Assembly (NCBI RefSeq): GCF_006345805.1
Contig: NC_042997.1
Coordinates: 45,322,001-45,386,000 of the forward strand
Length of the DNA: 64,000 nt
Origin: Octopus sinensis
Lineage: Eukaryota
Direction: 5' to 3'
This document shows, piece by piece, positions 11,674 through 24,602 of the stretch. The first letter of the stretch is position 1, and every line of letters starts with the position of its first letter. The notes beneath the pieces are model-generated. The model was given only the letters and a program-made list of their open reading frames with translations, had not been told where the DNA came from and did not search any database. The position numbers and the translations under genes were made by a program.

Positions 11674-14024
11674 TGATGCAGTAGCACATTGAGGAGGTGA
11701 CAGCTGGAGGCAGAAGAGGCTGCATCACCAGTCAGTTGGTATTCCTTTTCAGCCAAACAGACTGGAGCAGCGTGAAATGAATTACCTTGCTTAAGGACAC
11801 AATCCACTGTCCAGTCTAAAAATTGAACTCACAACTTTACAATCTTCAGCTTAACACTCTGACGACTAAGAACATGCCTTCACACTTGATATTTAATACT
11901 TCAGCATAGTTTCCACAAAACACGGAAAATCTAAATGAAGTTGTAATGACAGATCATAATGACTTAAAAGAGTCTTTAGCCAAGTAAGTTAAGATATTGG
12001 CGTGTGAATACGTATAGTATAGGCACCATGGACTTGTATGTATGCTGCTGTATAAATTGGTATACAAGTTTGGAAAAAACATTTTTTATTATTAACTGGT
12101 GGAAAATACTCAAATGTTTTACCAAAGATGTAGTTAACTTACAACGAACCAGTGCTATTCTATCAAAGAAGAATTACCTCGCAACTGTTGACCAAAACCA
12201 GATATAAATTGCGAATGGACTACATAATTTTGTCTTTCCCTTATTTAAGACAGCAGGGTGTGATTTAAGGGAGATTTGTCTGTTATTTCAAGAAGATCAA
12301 CCGACTATATTGAAGCTTCCTCCCATTGGCCTGATACTTCATAGAAGAAATGGTGTACAGTCTTCAAATAAGATGAAATTTTCAAAACAGCACCAGTTTA
12401 GAAAACACATGAGAAATATCTTTCAAAGAATTGTTTTGATATCTCAGAGAAATTCATAAAAGATTAGCAAGTAATTAGAATAATAGTTTGGACACTATAG
12501 TTAAAATATCAAAGTCATTTGAAATCATTAAGTTACTGTCAAAATTTGTGATATTTTTAAATGCATTATTTTTGTAAAAGTGTCTTTTGTTCTGTAACAA
12601 AAGTGGTATTTAGGAGTAAACATTTAACTTAAGAAATTAGAATCATCAATTAACCTAAATGTACTATCTACTATTTTTTTGAAAAGCAATTTTTTCTTAT
12701 CTTTATTGAAACACAGCAGCACCTGGACAACAGCCAAATTTGTTTTCAACTTAACTTTACATTTTAATATAATAAACAACTAATGAGAATAATTATTCTC
12801 CAAGACATAGAAAAGTGTACAGAAATGATAATTTGAAGTACTGAGCAAAACAGTAAAAGCTTAAATATTTGATGATACATTGAAATCATTTCTTCCTGTG
12901 CTAAAGGAAAGAAAAAAACAAAAAAAAAGTTATTTATATCTTTTTATTAATTACATTATTATTTCATATGCAGTGGACTTTTATTTTCATGTCTGTTCTA
13001 GTTTTATTTATTTGTCCACTTGCAAAGATTGAATATATATATCCTGATTTCTTTCTAAGGAGTTTATCAAAATAATACAAAAGATTAATAAATAAACACT
13101 GACAGAAAGAATGCATTAACATTTGAATGAGATCAGAATCAATAGAAGCCAAATTGAAAGCAACTGAACGAAGAAACTACATGGAAATCTTTGCTAGAGG
13201 AATGGACAAAATTATTGTCATCATTATTATTCTCATCAATGATCGTTATCACTATGAGAACAGCACATCATCCCAATTCAAACTTCCTATATCCATTAGT
13301 ATTCTCACAGTCAGCAATCTTGTTATGTCTGGATAATATAAACATACTGGTCAAGCATATATATTGAAGAATAATGTGACTTTGGTGTTATCTACATCAG
13401 ACCAGCGAAAGCTACTCTACAACTGTCTGTCAAAAGAGACAAGTTACTTTCTGCCTTTGCTAAAAAAGCAATATGCCTCAATGTTGCACTGAAAAATCAG
13501 CAATAAACATAATTAAATGATTCGCAAATGAAAGTTTATTGATCTTCAATGACAGAAACTTCAACAGACTTTCTCCGTGAAATACTTACTGGGTTACATC
13601 TAATTGCGTTAACATGAAAAATCTAATCAATTATGACAATGATCTAGCTTAAAAGTAGTTATAGACACAGGAATTGTTGTTGCCTATAACATATTTCATT
13701 TGTTTTTATAAATATTTTTTGTCCTCCTGGGACAAAAATTATAAAAACAACACACAAACACGCACAAAAAGAAAACACGAACAGCCTTCTTTCAAATTTG
13801 GTTTTCAAACATTAACTTCAAGATGGATTGTCACAATATGCAAAGCATTCAGTAAATACCATTCAGTAACAATTTCAGTTGTCATAACAGCAAAGGATAC
13901 CAGAATATAAATCTTGAAGAGAAATTCAAGACAGCAACCCCAAATAAATGCTACTGCAATGAAGTGCTGTTTCAACAAACCGATCACAAGCTTACTGCAG
14001 CTTCCAAGTATCAATAACTAATGC

Positions 14025-14170
14025 TTGTGAAGGTGTATAGCTTAGTGGTTAGGGGCATTTGGCTCACAATTGCCAAGTCATTAGTTTGACTCCCAGTAGT
14101 GCATTGTGTCCTGGAACAAGACACTTTATTCCATGTTGTTCCAGTCCACCTAGCTGGCACCTAGTGCATG
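14025..14170 (+). mobile_element. Old partial SINE related to the 15860 copy
   Basis: GAAGGTGTATAGCTTAGTGGTTAGGG...TTGTGTCCTGGAACAAGACACTTTATT...CCAGTCCACCTAGCTGGCA. Confidence 0.6.
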
Positions 14171-15859
14171 TGACTAGAAAGTTGAGTTTCTAATAACATG
14201 CCACATTGAAAAATCAAATCAACATTTCACAAGTTGCAAACAGAATTGTAAGATATGAGTAAATCATACATGTAAATAAGTGAAGTTTTGTGAAGATAAG
14301 TTGAAGATTTTGATCCTCAAAGAGTTAATGAAATGCATAATTATTTATATGATTGGGATAAATACTTCAAATGAGCTGAATGTGGTATCTTAAGAATGAG
14401 CTTAATTACCAAGCATTCATGCATGTTCAAAAGTGGTGTTGAAGGAATAGTTTAATTTAACATTAACCAAACTTACAGTTGCTAGATAGAATCTTATTTC
14501 TATAACAATACAATATCCTTCTTCCTTTTTACTCTTTAACAATCATACGGACTGCAAAGTAACAACACTTCTTTGGAAGTTGAATGGAATTTTCAAAGAC
14601 AGAAAGTAATATAGTCACCTAAATGCAAAACATCTAAGCCAAAACAACTACTTTAGCTTGTGTAGTAAGACATAAGGAGAATTTCAATTATTTTTCATTT
14701 TGAAATGGCAGATGCTTGTAGGTAAAAGGTATATTTAGAAAAGTGTGTGCAAGGATATAAGTATTTTCTTTTTTACAGTTTGAGCAAGATCCCAGAGAAC
14801 TGTGAATATAATATAATATATATACCAAACGTTTAAAATTACTAACATACAATAAACACAAGAGAATTCATTTACAAAATCCAGTTTTATGCCACTTTCA
14901 AAATCTACTTTTTTTGTTTACTAGAATTGGTATGTACAGTCCAGTCAGGGGGGAATATTACCTTACTTGGAAACAGGTGAAGGTTGGCAAGGAAGAGAAT
15001 CCAGCCATGGAAAATCTACCATTACAGATTCTGTCAGACCCATGCAAGCATAGAAACTTGGACATTAAAACAACGGTGATGCATAATTTCAGTCTGTGTT
15101 AATTTTTTTTAAAATGTACTCTGAATCATTCTCTTTTCTCAGGATTAAAGAATTTAAGTTCATCAAATAATTATTGTCAATATTTTAATGTCATGCTAAT
15201 ATGGAAAAATGAAATTATTTAGAGAAAATGGTATTTATAATATTTCATCTCAAATGTTATCTTCAAATTAAGTGTAACCATGGTAAACACTTTTATTCCA
15301 ATATCTGCACATTTATTTCCATAACTACTATGATCACCTTCTAAGCTTTATAGTACTACAGAAACATTTCCTACCATATGCTCACAGTCACCTACAACCA
15401 GTTAATCATTTAGAACTATCCAATTAGTCCAGCCTTCATTAATTCTTTGTAAACAACTCACAGTAGCAGATGCTCTCTACATCTTAGTATCACTTATAGC
15501 ATTAAACATAATAACTTTGATTTTTGAATAACAAACTTTAAAAACAACCCATCGGAGCAAAAAACCCTAAATAAATGAAAAAAGATCACCGATGCATAGC
15601 CAATAATATCTGATCAATCTATACTGTCCCATCTCTTGTCAAGCATATTTCCAGCTGTTCAATGAATTATCTTAAGCATCTTAATTGTAAACTACTGATT
15701 GTCTTTACAATCCCTACACTTAGGTCACTTTCTAATTATATAAATTTTATGATATTATTACCATTAAATTCAGGGAACATATATTCCTTTCCAGGGAAAA
15801 AAAACCTGAGCAGTTGAGTAGACTGAATGTTTATAAGACCCATATATGCCTTGCCGAGT

Positions 15860-16156
15860 GAAGGCGCATGGCTTAGTGGTTAGGGCATTCGGCTGACGAT
15901 CGTAAGGTCGTGAATTCGATTCCCGGCGATGCGTTGTGTCCTTGAGCAAGACACTTTATTTCACGTTGCTCCAGTCCACTCAGCTGGCAAAAATGAGTTG
16001 TACCTGTATTTCAAAGGGCCGGCCTTGTCACACTCTGTGTCACGCTGAATCTCCCTGAGAACTACGTTAAGGGTACTCGTGTCTGTGGATTGCTCAGTCA
16101 CTTGCACGTTAATTCCACAAGCAAGCTGTTCCGTTGATCGTAATCGATGGAGTGCT
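15860..16156 (+). mobile_element. Group C SINE variant: tRNA head, CORE/V-like middle, tail shared with the 40917 copy
   Basis: A box TGGCTTAGTGG, B box TTCGATTCC; middle TTGTGTCCTTGAGCAAGACACTT; tail TGTACCTGTATTTCAAAGGGCC...GCTGTTCCGTTGATCG. Confidence 0.85.
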
Positions 16157-17132
16157 TCTTTTATATGCCTTGCCACAAAGAATTGCTCCCATATTTAGAA
16201 TTATATTCAAACTCCAAATCTTCAAAATATTAATGACTTTCACTGACAAACAATTTAGTTTTCTAAAGGAATACAAAAGAGATATCTATACCTTTCTCAA
16301 AGGCTTTGCTAGCATAATTAAAGGAAATTTACCTCATCTGGCCATCTAAACTAGATTGCTAGCTCAACTCAATGAGTTCTTATATATTCCTCCATGGCAT
16401 TCACCAAGATACCAGAAATTGTTATTGCATCTGAGAGAAAGCCATCACCCAAATGAACAAACTTGATGTTTTACTTATCATTATAAAAGGATATTGCTTT
16501 ACATCAAATTCATTTTATTTTTATTTATCCAATTTTTAATTCTACTTTCATTTTTTTAATATTATTGAAGAAACAAAAGCCCAATGCAATAATATTAAAA
16601 AAATTCCTTTAACAAAAATTTCTCATAAGAAATAAAAATCCTTTATCTAAAATTGAAGGAAAGAAAATATTGAACATCAAATTAGTAGTATCACACATCA
16701 AAAAGAAGTTGGTTATAAGATGAACAGGCACACAAGACATCTAAATTCTATACAAGCATTGGTTTTGTAGACATTGTATTGCTTTTAATAAGATCTACTG
16801 AACCACATTTGTTAATGAAAAAAGAAACCAAATCACTTTGCATGTATTTTGTGTTTAGTAAAATTAATACAGTTAATATAATTTGAGCGATTGGGTCTGA
16901 AATTAATTTACAATGCAACAGAAACAAAGCAAAACACACACACACACACATAGACATGCATCTATATATGATCTAAGGGGAAAAAACTTAGATATCAAAC
17001 GTATTGTATTTGATTAAATGAAATTAAAGTAAAAAAAAAACATTAAATTTAAAAAAGTATATTTTTCTTTAGGAAATGAAAAATTGTAACAAAGGAAAAC
17101 TAAATGAAACAAAAATGTAATCATATATATAG

Positions 17133-17208
<76 letters not shown>

Positions 17209-17858
17209 ACACACAGACACATTTAACTTTTGAATTCCATGACTTGCATAAATAAAACAGAATTCAAATTTTTTTTTTTTTTTTGTTTTTGACATAGCAT
17301 CTCTGTATAAATAAGAAATCTAACAGGAGCAACAGCAACAACAACAGTAAAAAACATTTAATTTCAAGATTGGTAAAAAAGAAGTAAAAAAAAATGACAG
17401 GTTAGTTAAATAAGCCTTTGTTTTCAAATAGTATTGAATATTAAAATAGATTTTAAATTAAATTTTTTAAAAAATATGTTTATTAAAACACAGATAGTTG
17501 AAAATTGTGTGAATTGGTATTCCTCTTATGTTTATGATTTTAATACAAGTTGCATGTCTTTAAACAAGGAGATTAATGAAAGAGTATGATGCCTGACAAG
17601 TAACCTAAATGAATATTGTTACTTCCTGGTTTCAGACTTTTAAAATCTTAATTAACACACATGAAATAGGTTCCGACAAACTTTTGCACAACTATTTCTT
17701 TCTAAAACAATTTGCTCTGTTTTGTACCTCTTGTATTGATTTTTGGGTTGAAAAAGTCTGTAAATTTTGATTTTGATATTTGAGCTAAATCTTACAAGTA
17801 AATATTCTGATTCCTATAACAAACCATGAAGTGGAAATGCTATTGTTATTCATATTAA

Positions 17859-18445
17859 GGTGGTGAGCTAGGAGAATTGTTAGCACACTAGATGAAATGC
17901 TTAGCTGTATTTCACCCGGTGCTACGTTCTGAGTTCAAATTCCACCGAGGTCAACTTTGCCTTTCATCCTTTTGAGGTTGATAAATTAAATGCTAGCTGA
18001 ACACTGGGATCAATGTAACTGACACATCATCCCCTCCCCAAAATGGCTACTCTTGTGGCAAAATTTGAAACTATTATCATTATTATTAAAGTAGCGAGCT
18101 GGCAGAATCATTAGCATGCCAGGGAAAATGCTTTCAACATTTTGTGCATCTTTACATTCTGAGTTCAAATTCTGTTGCAGTTATTTTTTCTTCATCCTTA
18201 TGGGGTCAAGAAAATAAGTACCAGCTATTGTCAATGCCATCAACGTGATCCTCCCTGAAATTGCTGACCTTGTGCCAAAATTTGAAATCATCATCGTTAT
18301 TATTATTATCAATGCTGCTGAGTCAACTTTGCTTTCATCTTTTAGGGGTCGATGAAATAAGTGTCAGTCATGCATTGGGGTTACTGTAATTGAGTAGCCC
18401 CCTGCCCTAAAATTTCAGGTCTTGTGCCAATAGTAGAAAGGAGTT
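17859..18445 (+). mobile_element. Three adjacent Meta-type SINE copies (two near-full, one partial)
   Basis: The TTTGCCTTTCATCCTTT..GGGGTC.ATAAA domain recurs at about 17955, 18185 and 18330, separated by ATT-rich spacers. Confidence 0.7.
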
Positions 18446-18494
18446 TTAGTAGTAGTAGTATTGTGGTGTGAAACTGTTGATTAATGTGCTTTAC

Positions 18495-18607
18495 CTTGAA
18501 GGATAACACGCAGTTAATGAAGGTGCTTCTAAAGAGAGCTTGTTCTACTAAAAACAACAGGTCTTTCAAACAGTGCCCTAACATCTTAAAACATATTAGA
18601 TGAAGTC
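18495..18607 (-). CDS. Possible internal exon (GLHLICFKMLGHCLKDLLFLVEQALFRSTFINCVLSFK), protein unidentified
   Basis: Long T-rich tract ending TATAG| acceptor, open frame, AAG|GTAAAG donor; could be chance in AT-rich DNA. Confidence 0.2.
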
Positions 18608-19052
18608 CTATACACATTTGTAAAAACAAAACAAAATGAAAAGAAATAGGATGATCATAGATGTGCTTGGTCAGCCCTGATTTGGGGCTAAACAATTACA
18701 ACAAAACAAACTGCCGATTTCAAGATGTGATCTCTCAACTTTTAGACCAATAATCCAGCATCTTATCTCTACACTCAACTGAAGGATATAAATTCATGAT
18801 TTTATTAGTAGGCATTATGTTGATGATATATACATACATATATTTAAGTATCATAACAGATACAGAGTCACAAAGAGGGTGTTAAATAATTCCTGGTTAT
18901 GTGCTGGGTGTTGCAATTCTTGAAAATATCTTCGGTACACAAAATATCTTTATTATGGTAAACAAAATTAAAAATAATCTTTCTGAGATAGCATAACTAT
19001 ATCAACATACATACGGGCATATGCACACATGCATGAATGAATGCATACACAT

Positions 19053-19110
<58 letters not shown>

Positions 19111-22100
19111 GCAAATGCATGTGTGAGGTGTGTGTGCCTGTGTTGATGTGTATATATATATAATCATGTTCCTTCAGAAAAATTATTTATAATATTGTGT
19201 ACAGTGGAACAGATATTTTGTGTACACTAATATAAAACAAGAGCACAAGAAATTTCTAAGTCAAAGTGCAAGGAAGTTGCCATAAAGAAATAGGACATTT
19301 TGTATGAGCTTTTTATTAAATAAAAGGGAGCTTTGATGTATGGAGTATCAGTTTGATAGAAAAAAAAAGAAAAAAAGTTGGTAGAAGAGTGAATACACCC
19401 ACTTGCCAAACTTCTGCTGCAGATAGTTTTACCAAAACTATTTTATTTGTCTCCTGCCATTAAGAAGGTTAAAAAGACACAGAACAAAAATAGATGTAAA
19501 CCTTCAGTCAATATTGCCCAACCACCTATCCCATTACCATGGAATTATGTTGTTCTTCTATTTCTTGTAACATTGCAGCAATTGTGTTTGTTCTTCTGTT
19601 GCTAGCACTACACCTGCCTATCTTGCCACTGCTGCCACTATGAAGATGATGATGATGATGATGGTGGTGGTGGTAGTGGTGGTGGCAGTGATTAGCACTG
19701 AGTTTAATAATTCTGCCTGGAACTCCTTTTCTAGCAATCAATATTTGTCTCCTCAATCAACCATTTTACAGACCAGTGAGGGAGCCTCTACATAACAACC
19801 TAAACCTGCTAAGAATAACAATGTATAGATATTCTGTATACAGGATGGTCATGTCTGGAATACCTTTGGCCATAAGCCTGCACAGACGGAGCTAACTTAG
19901 GGCTAATCAATAGCAACAATAACAACCATTAACTCTTTAGAGATGAAACTACTCTTGCTTCTACACAGAAGAACATACAACCATATTTACAAGACATTAA
20001 AAAAAAATGTGTTACAGTTTAACATTCTGTAACAACATCTGAAACTCGATAAACAAGACACAGTAAATATATATTTTCTAAAAAGAGATCGGCTTGTCTA
20101 ATAAAGGTTAGCTTGCAAGAATTCAAGTCAAAGATTAACTGCACTAACTTACCCTATTCCTATGTCCCAATAAGGGTGAGCTTTGAAAGGATATGAACTC
20201 CTAAGAGCACAGAAAACTTTTCTGACTAATTAGTAAATGAAAACAAAAATGGAAAAGGCTGGATAAAATTTGTTAACTAAATGTCATCAAGCAATTACAT
20301 CTAATGTACACAAGTCAGAGAGATTTAATGTTGAAAGATGAATAGTTTAAAATTTGATGCTTCCTTTCTCTATAGCCTGACCCCAACAACAATGGGAACA
20401 CTTCCTTTTCCTATAAAATACATATATACATGTATGTGTATACACACACACACATATATATATGTATACACACACACATAAATATATGCACACACACACA
20501 CACACACACACACGCACCGTCCAATCCATGCCAGCATAGAAGACAGCCGTTAAATGATGATGATGATTATATATATATAAGTGTCAACAAAACATATCAG
20601 AAAAGAAGCCCCATGTACATATGGTCCCTGTTCAGTCTTTTCAAGTAGCTGCAGAGAAGTATTTCAAGGTTAGTATTGCAATAAAATTGAACGAAGTACA
20701 AGGAAGTGCTAGGAACACAGCATAAGATAAGGAAGCACTCAAACAACATAAGCAGAGAGAGTCACACAATGAGAGCTAAAATGGTGGAGAAGGTTGAGAT
20801 GGTACAACACTAAATTAAATGCTTTAAAATATTCTAAATAAATGCTTTGTGCCTTTCAGTTCAGAGCACAAACATCACTGATGTTAACTTTGTTTATGTA
20901 TGTGGTACATAAAATAAATAGCAGTTATATACTAGGAATCATTCAATTGATTAAATTCTTTTTCTACAAGTATCTGTTGCTTTGTGCCAAAGTTAGAAAA
21001 CATTATCATTATCTCGATTCACCTACAGCCCATTAGACGTTTAAAAAGTATATACCTTTACTGTTTGGAGACATACATCACTAAAAGAGTAAAGACAACA
21101 TAAAAAAAAAATTAATGATGGTAGATGAATTCAACAATTAACTACACAATTCAACTAGTTTATTCCACACTCCTTTCTCATAACAATAGCAAAATGTGGT
21201 ATCTGTTGGTTCACACCAGTATACGATACAGTTGAATGAGAGCCAAACACGTAGACAAATGCAGCACCTTTGGGAAAATAGCCAGTAAAGGACTTAAGAA
21301 TTTTATGTAAACTTTAACCTCTCAAAATGTTTATCGACAATGTCAGCGATACAAATAGGATTTCATTCTAACATTGGTAAGAATAACCAGTTTGTGCATG
21401 TATATGGGTATCTGAGCAGTGGGGTTCCATTTGTATTCATTAACTACTCAGAAATATAAACTCTAGGTAGGCTCCCTTTTGTGCTTTCCTCAGTGAAATA
21501 ACAAAAATCACAAACCAAGAGTAAACCTGCTTATAGCTAACGCCAAGTCATGCTTGTCTGGATGAAGTCAGTGACACAAACTCTGTCCAGCACATGACCC
21601 ACAAAACATAGCAGCAAATCACCATCAAATCAGACTCTATGATCATATATTAAAGGACACATTACACAATACAGTTCCTGGTATATAAAAGAATATGATA
21701 TTCTTGAATACAGCATCTTTCATTGTAGGTCTACTCCAGTACTTTTCAAAGTGGGCAGTACTGCCATTGGAGAGGAGGAGAGGTAGAAAATTTTATAATG
21801 GCACTGAGAAAGAGGGGGAGAGAAAGAGAAAATTGACTTGAAGATGAGTCAAAATTTGTCATCTTGATATTAAAATTATATATACATATATATATATATA
21901 TATTTTATATATTGATATATTTTTTTTATATATATTATTAATTGGAGCAAGTTACAAAATCAAGGGCTGAAAGTTTTATGCTTTGTTACTTATCAAACTT
22001 TAATGATTTTGAAGTTTGTTAAGTGCTAACACACAAAACTCTCAGCCCCTGAGTCACTCTGTAACTTCTACTGATTAATAATAGATAGAAAATATATCAA

Positions 22101-22153
22101 TATTATATATATATATATATATATACTTTATTCAAAGCAGCAGAAAATTCAAC

Positions 22154-22201
22154 AAAACCTGTTACTCTGAGTTTCCCGTTGCCGTTCATCGGACAGTTTT
22201 T
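22154..22201 (-). ncRNA. Second identical hammerhead-like motif on the opposite strand
   Basis: Exact reverse complement of 22208-22255. Confidence 0.6.
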
Positions 22202-22207
22202 GCTAGA

Positions 22208-22255
22208 AAAAACTGTCCGATGAACGGCAACGGGAAACTCAGAGTAACAGGTTTT
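22208..22255 (+). ncRNA. Minimal type I hammerhead ribozyme-like motif (variant core)
   Basis: Helix I AAAAaCTGT / ACAGgTTTT; core CCGATGA (22217-22223); helix II CG-GCAA-CG; GAAA (22234-22237); helix III ACTC-A-GAGT; cleavage triplet GTA (22244-22246). Confidence 0.6.
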
Positions 22256-22884
22256 GTTGAATTTTCTGCTGCTTTAAATAAAGCATATTACTCTACCACT
22301 GGTATTTGAGTACTCTTTTTTCCACCTTGTTTCACATTTATGTGTTTACTCCGGTATATATATATATATATACATATATTATATATAAAAGCTACATTTA
22401 AAAAATAATTCTAGATTAAGTTCACCCCAACCTCAATTCCAGTCTGCAAAACACAGACAGCCCCCCACCTCCTCACCAAAGAAAACAAGAAGATTTAGAT
22501 TGAGTATGGATATTTAATGAAGACATAAGACAGGCTTATGTTTTGATAACCTAGACTAAAAAAATACAGAAACATATATAGTGAATACTCTACTTCTGCC
22601 TTAAGCAATTTCAAACAGATACACAAACAATCGGTGTACATGGAAGCACGCACAAGGCTTCATTCTTTTTCTCTTTGTCTTTTCGGGCCGCAGAATACGA
22701 AAACAAATTTTGAAAACAAAAAACGAAAATAGTTTAGTATATCACTTCCACATTCACATACAAAACAAAAAAAAATAACGCAAATAATTTTATAATGACA
22801 ATCGCTGGAAAGAAAAAAAAAATTATACAGAAAATAAAATGATTTTCAAATCTTAAAAAACAAATTGGTAAATGAAATTGAATA

Positions 22885-22962
22885 TAAAGATGTATGTATA
22901 TATATATATAATATATATATATATATATGTATGTATATATGTATGTATGTATATATATATAA

Positions 22963-23010
<48 letters not shown>

Positions 23011-23018
23011 CTACACAG

Positions 23019-23088
<70 letters not shown>

Positions 23089-23205
23089 CATCACCGTGAT
23101 ATATATATATACATATATATATGTATATATATACACATATATATATATAAATATATATATATATACATATATATAGATATAAATATATAAATATATATAT
23201 ATTTA
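22885..23205. repeat. Compound (AT)n microsatellite
   Basis: Directly visible. Confidence 0.95.
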
Positions 23206-23436
23206 TATACGAGCAAAACGCCCCCCCCCCATCCAATGGACAGTGCTGAGTTGTCAAACATCTAAACCAAATTTTCTCAAAACAACTTGTCCAACCGTCC
23301 CATAGGCCTCCCCTTTGAGAAATACTGATTTAACCTAAATTTGAGAAACCAGCAAAAGAAGAAATAAAGATAATCTTTTTTCTATTCGAAAGAAAAACGA
23401 TTTTATTCACACAAATATGCAACCAAAGAGTTTAAA

Positions 23437-23971
23437 GTACCGGTAATGATAAGGCTGTTGACTGGGAGAACAAAAGCCTGGTTTAAACAGTTCTTTTCAT
23501 TAAAAAATAATGAAGCATGCCTTTATTTCAATAAAATTTTTGGTCTTGTTAAACGAAGCTAAGGAAAAAAAAACTTCTTGAGAAACCAAATAGTCTTTCC
23601 TTCCTTCATGCCAAGTTTGAAGAAAATATCTCTTTTGCATCTTACTTTTTTGGTCTCTTAAATATACTGCATTTTGTTGCATTATTTCAAGCCAGCCGGC
23701 TTTTTTTGTGCAAACTGCACATGCATTCTTCTTGCATATGCGTAGTATCAATCGCAACAGCTGATGTACTTGCACGTACAAATGCACGTTCACACAGCTT
23801 TATCGATCGCATACTCACCTGGAATCGATTTTTGTAATATTTTCAAGACTTATACAAGCCCTGATATCGTCGGTATCTACATATCAAATTTGAGCGCAAT
23901 CGGATGGAGGATGCCCGAGATCCTAGAAGACACACACACACAGACAGACAGAACGGATTTTATATAATAGA
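23437..23971 (-). mobile_element. Non-autonomous Helitron-like fragment
   Basis: Minus strand starts A|TCTATTATATAAAATCCGTTCTGTCTGTCTGTGTGTG...CCGATTGCGCTCAAATTTGATATG, a 5'-TC end with a subterminal GTCT microsatellite. No CTRR 3' end found, so the left boundary is uncertain. Confidence 0.5.
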
Positions 23972-24329
23972 TGTGTATATAGGCACATGACCCTCGGCCA
24001 TCTTTCTTCTCTGTATTTGAATTTCTTTGTTTCCTTCTGATCAGCTGCATTCTTGTCTGTCTCTTCACTTTGTTGAGGCTTAGCACCCCTTCCCATTTGT
24101 TTTCAGTGTCCTGTTTTTGTTACCAACATTGACTCTCCGCCAAATCCCAAATTTTATTGAATTTGCTTTGCAGGAGCAAGTCTTTTGTCAAAGGTGTATC
24201 TTGCAATGAATTGCTCGAAATACAGAGTACAAAAAGAGACGACTGATGAAGGGTCATTCTTTACGTTGCTTGTCTTGTTTTCCATTCGCAAAAACAGTTT
24301 GTATTCCATGTTGTTTACATTCTGTGCCC

Positions 24330-24602
24330 ATATATGCTTATGTATATACATATATATGTAAGTATGTACACATATGTATGTATATATGCACATATATATT
24401 ATTTATATTATTATATATACATATATATACAGATATATACATACATATACATATACATATATATATGTATATATATATATATATATATAGATGTAAGTAG
24501 ATATGTATGTATGTATATGTGTATGTATGTATATATGTATATGTATGTGTATATATGTGTATGTATATATGTATACATACACATAAATATATATATATAT
24601 AT
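24330..24602. repeat. (AT)n/(ATGT)n microsatellite abutting the RTE fragment
   Basis: Directly visible. Confidence 0.95.

Larger units (their letters stand above)
22126..22354 (+). mobile_element. Probable Penelope-like element pLTR fragment with inverted 5' duplication, inserted in (AT)n
   Basis: 76-bp arms at 22126-22201 and 22208-22283 (1 mismatch), carrying a hammerhead fold; unique extension to 22354; (AT)n on both sides. Penelope assignment is inferred from this architecture. Confidence 0.65.

Noticed and set aside
19526-19756. Poly-His ORF
   Set aside because: The His run comes from a (GAT/GGT)n microsatellite; no convincing splice or homology support.
24190-24260. Second hammerhead-like string (GCAATGAATTGCTCGAAATACAGAGTAC and nearby CTGATGAAGG)
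   Set aside because: Core, helix II and helix I cannot be formed convincingly; at most a decayed relative.
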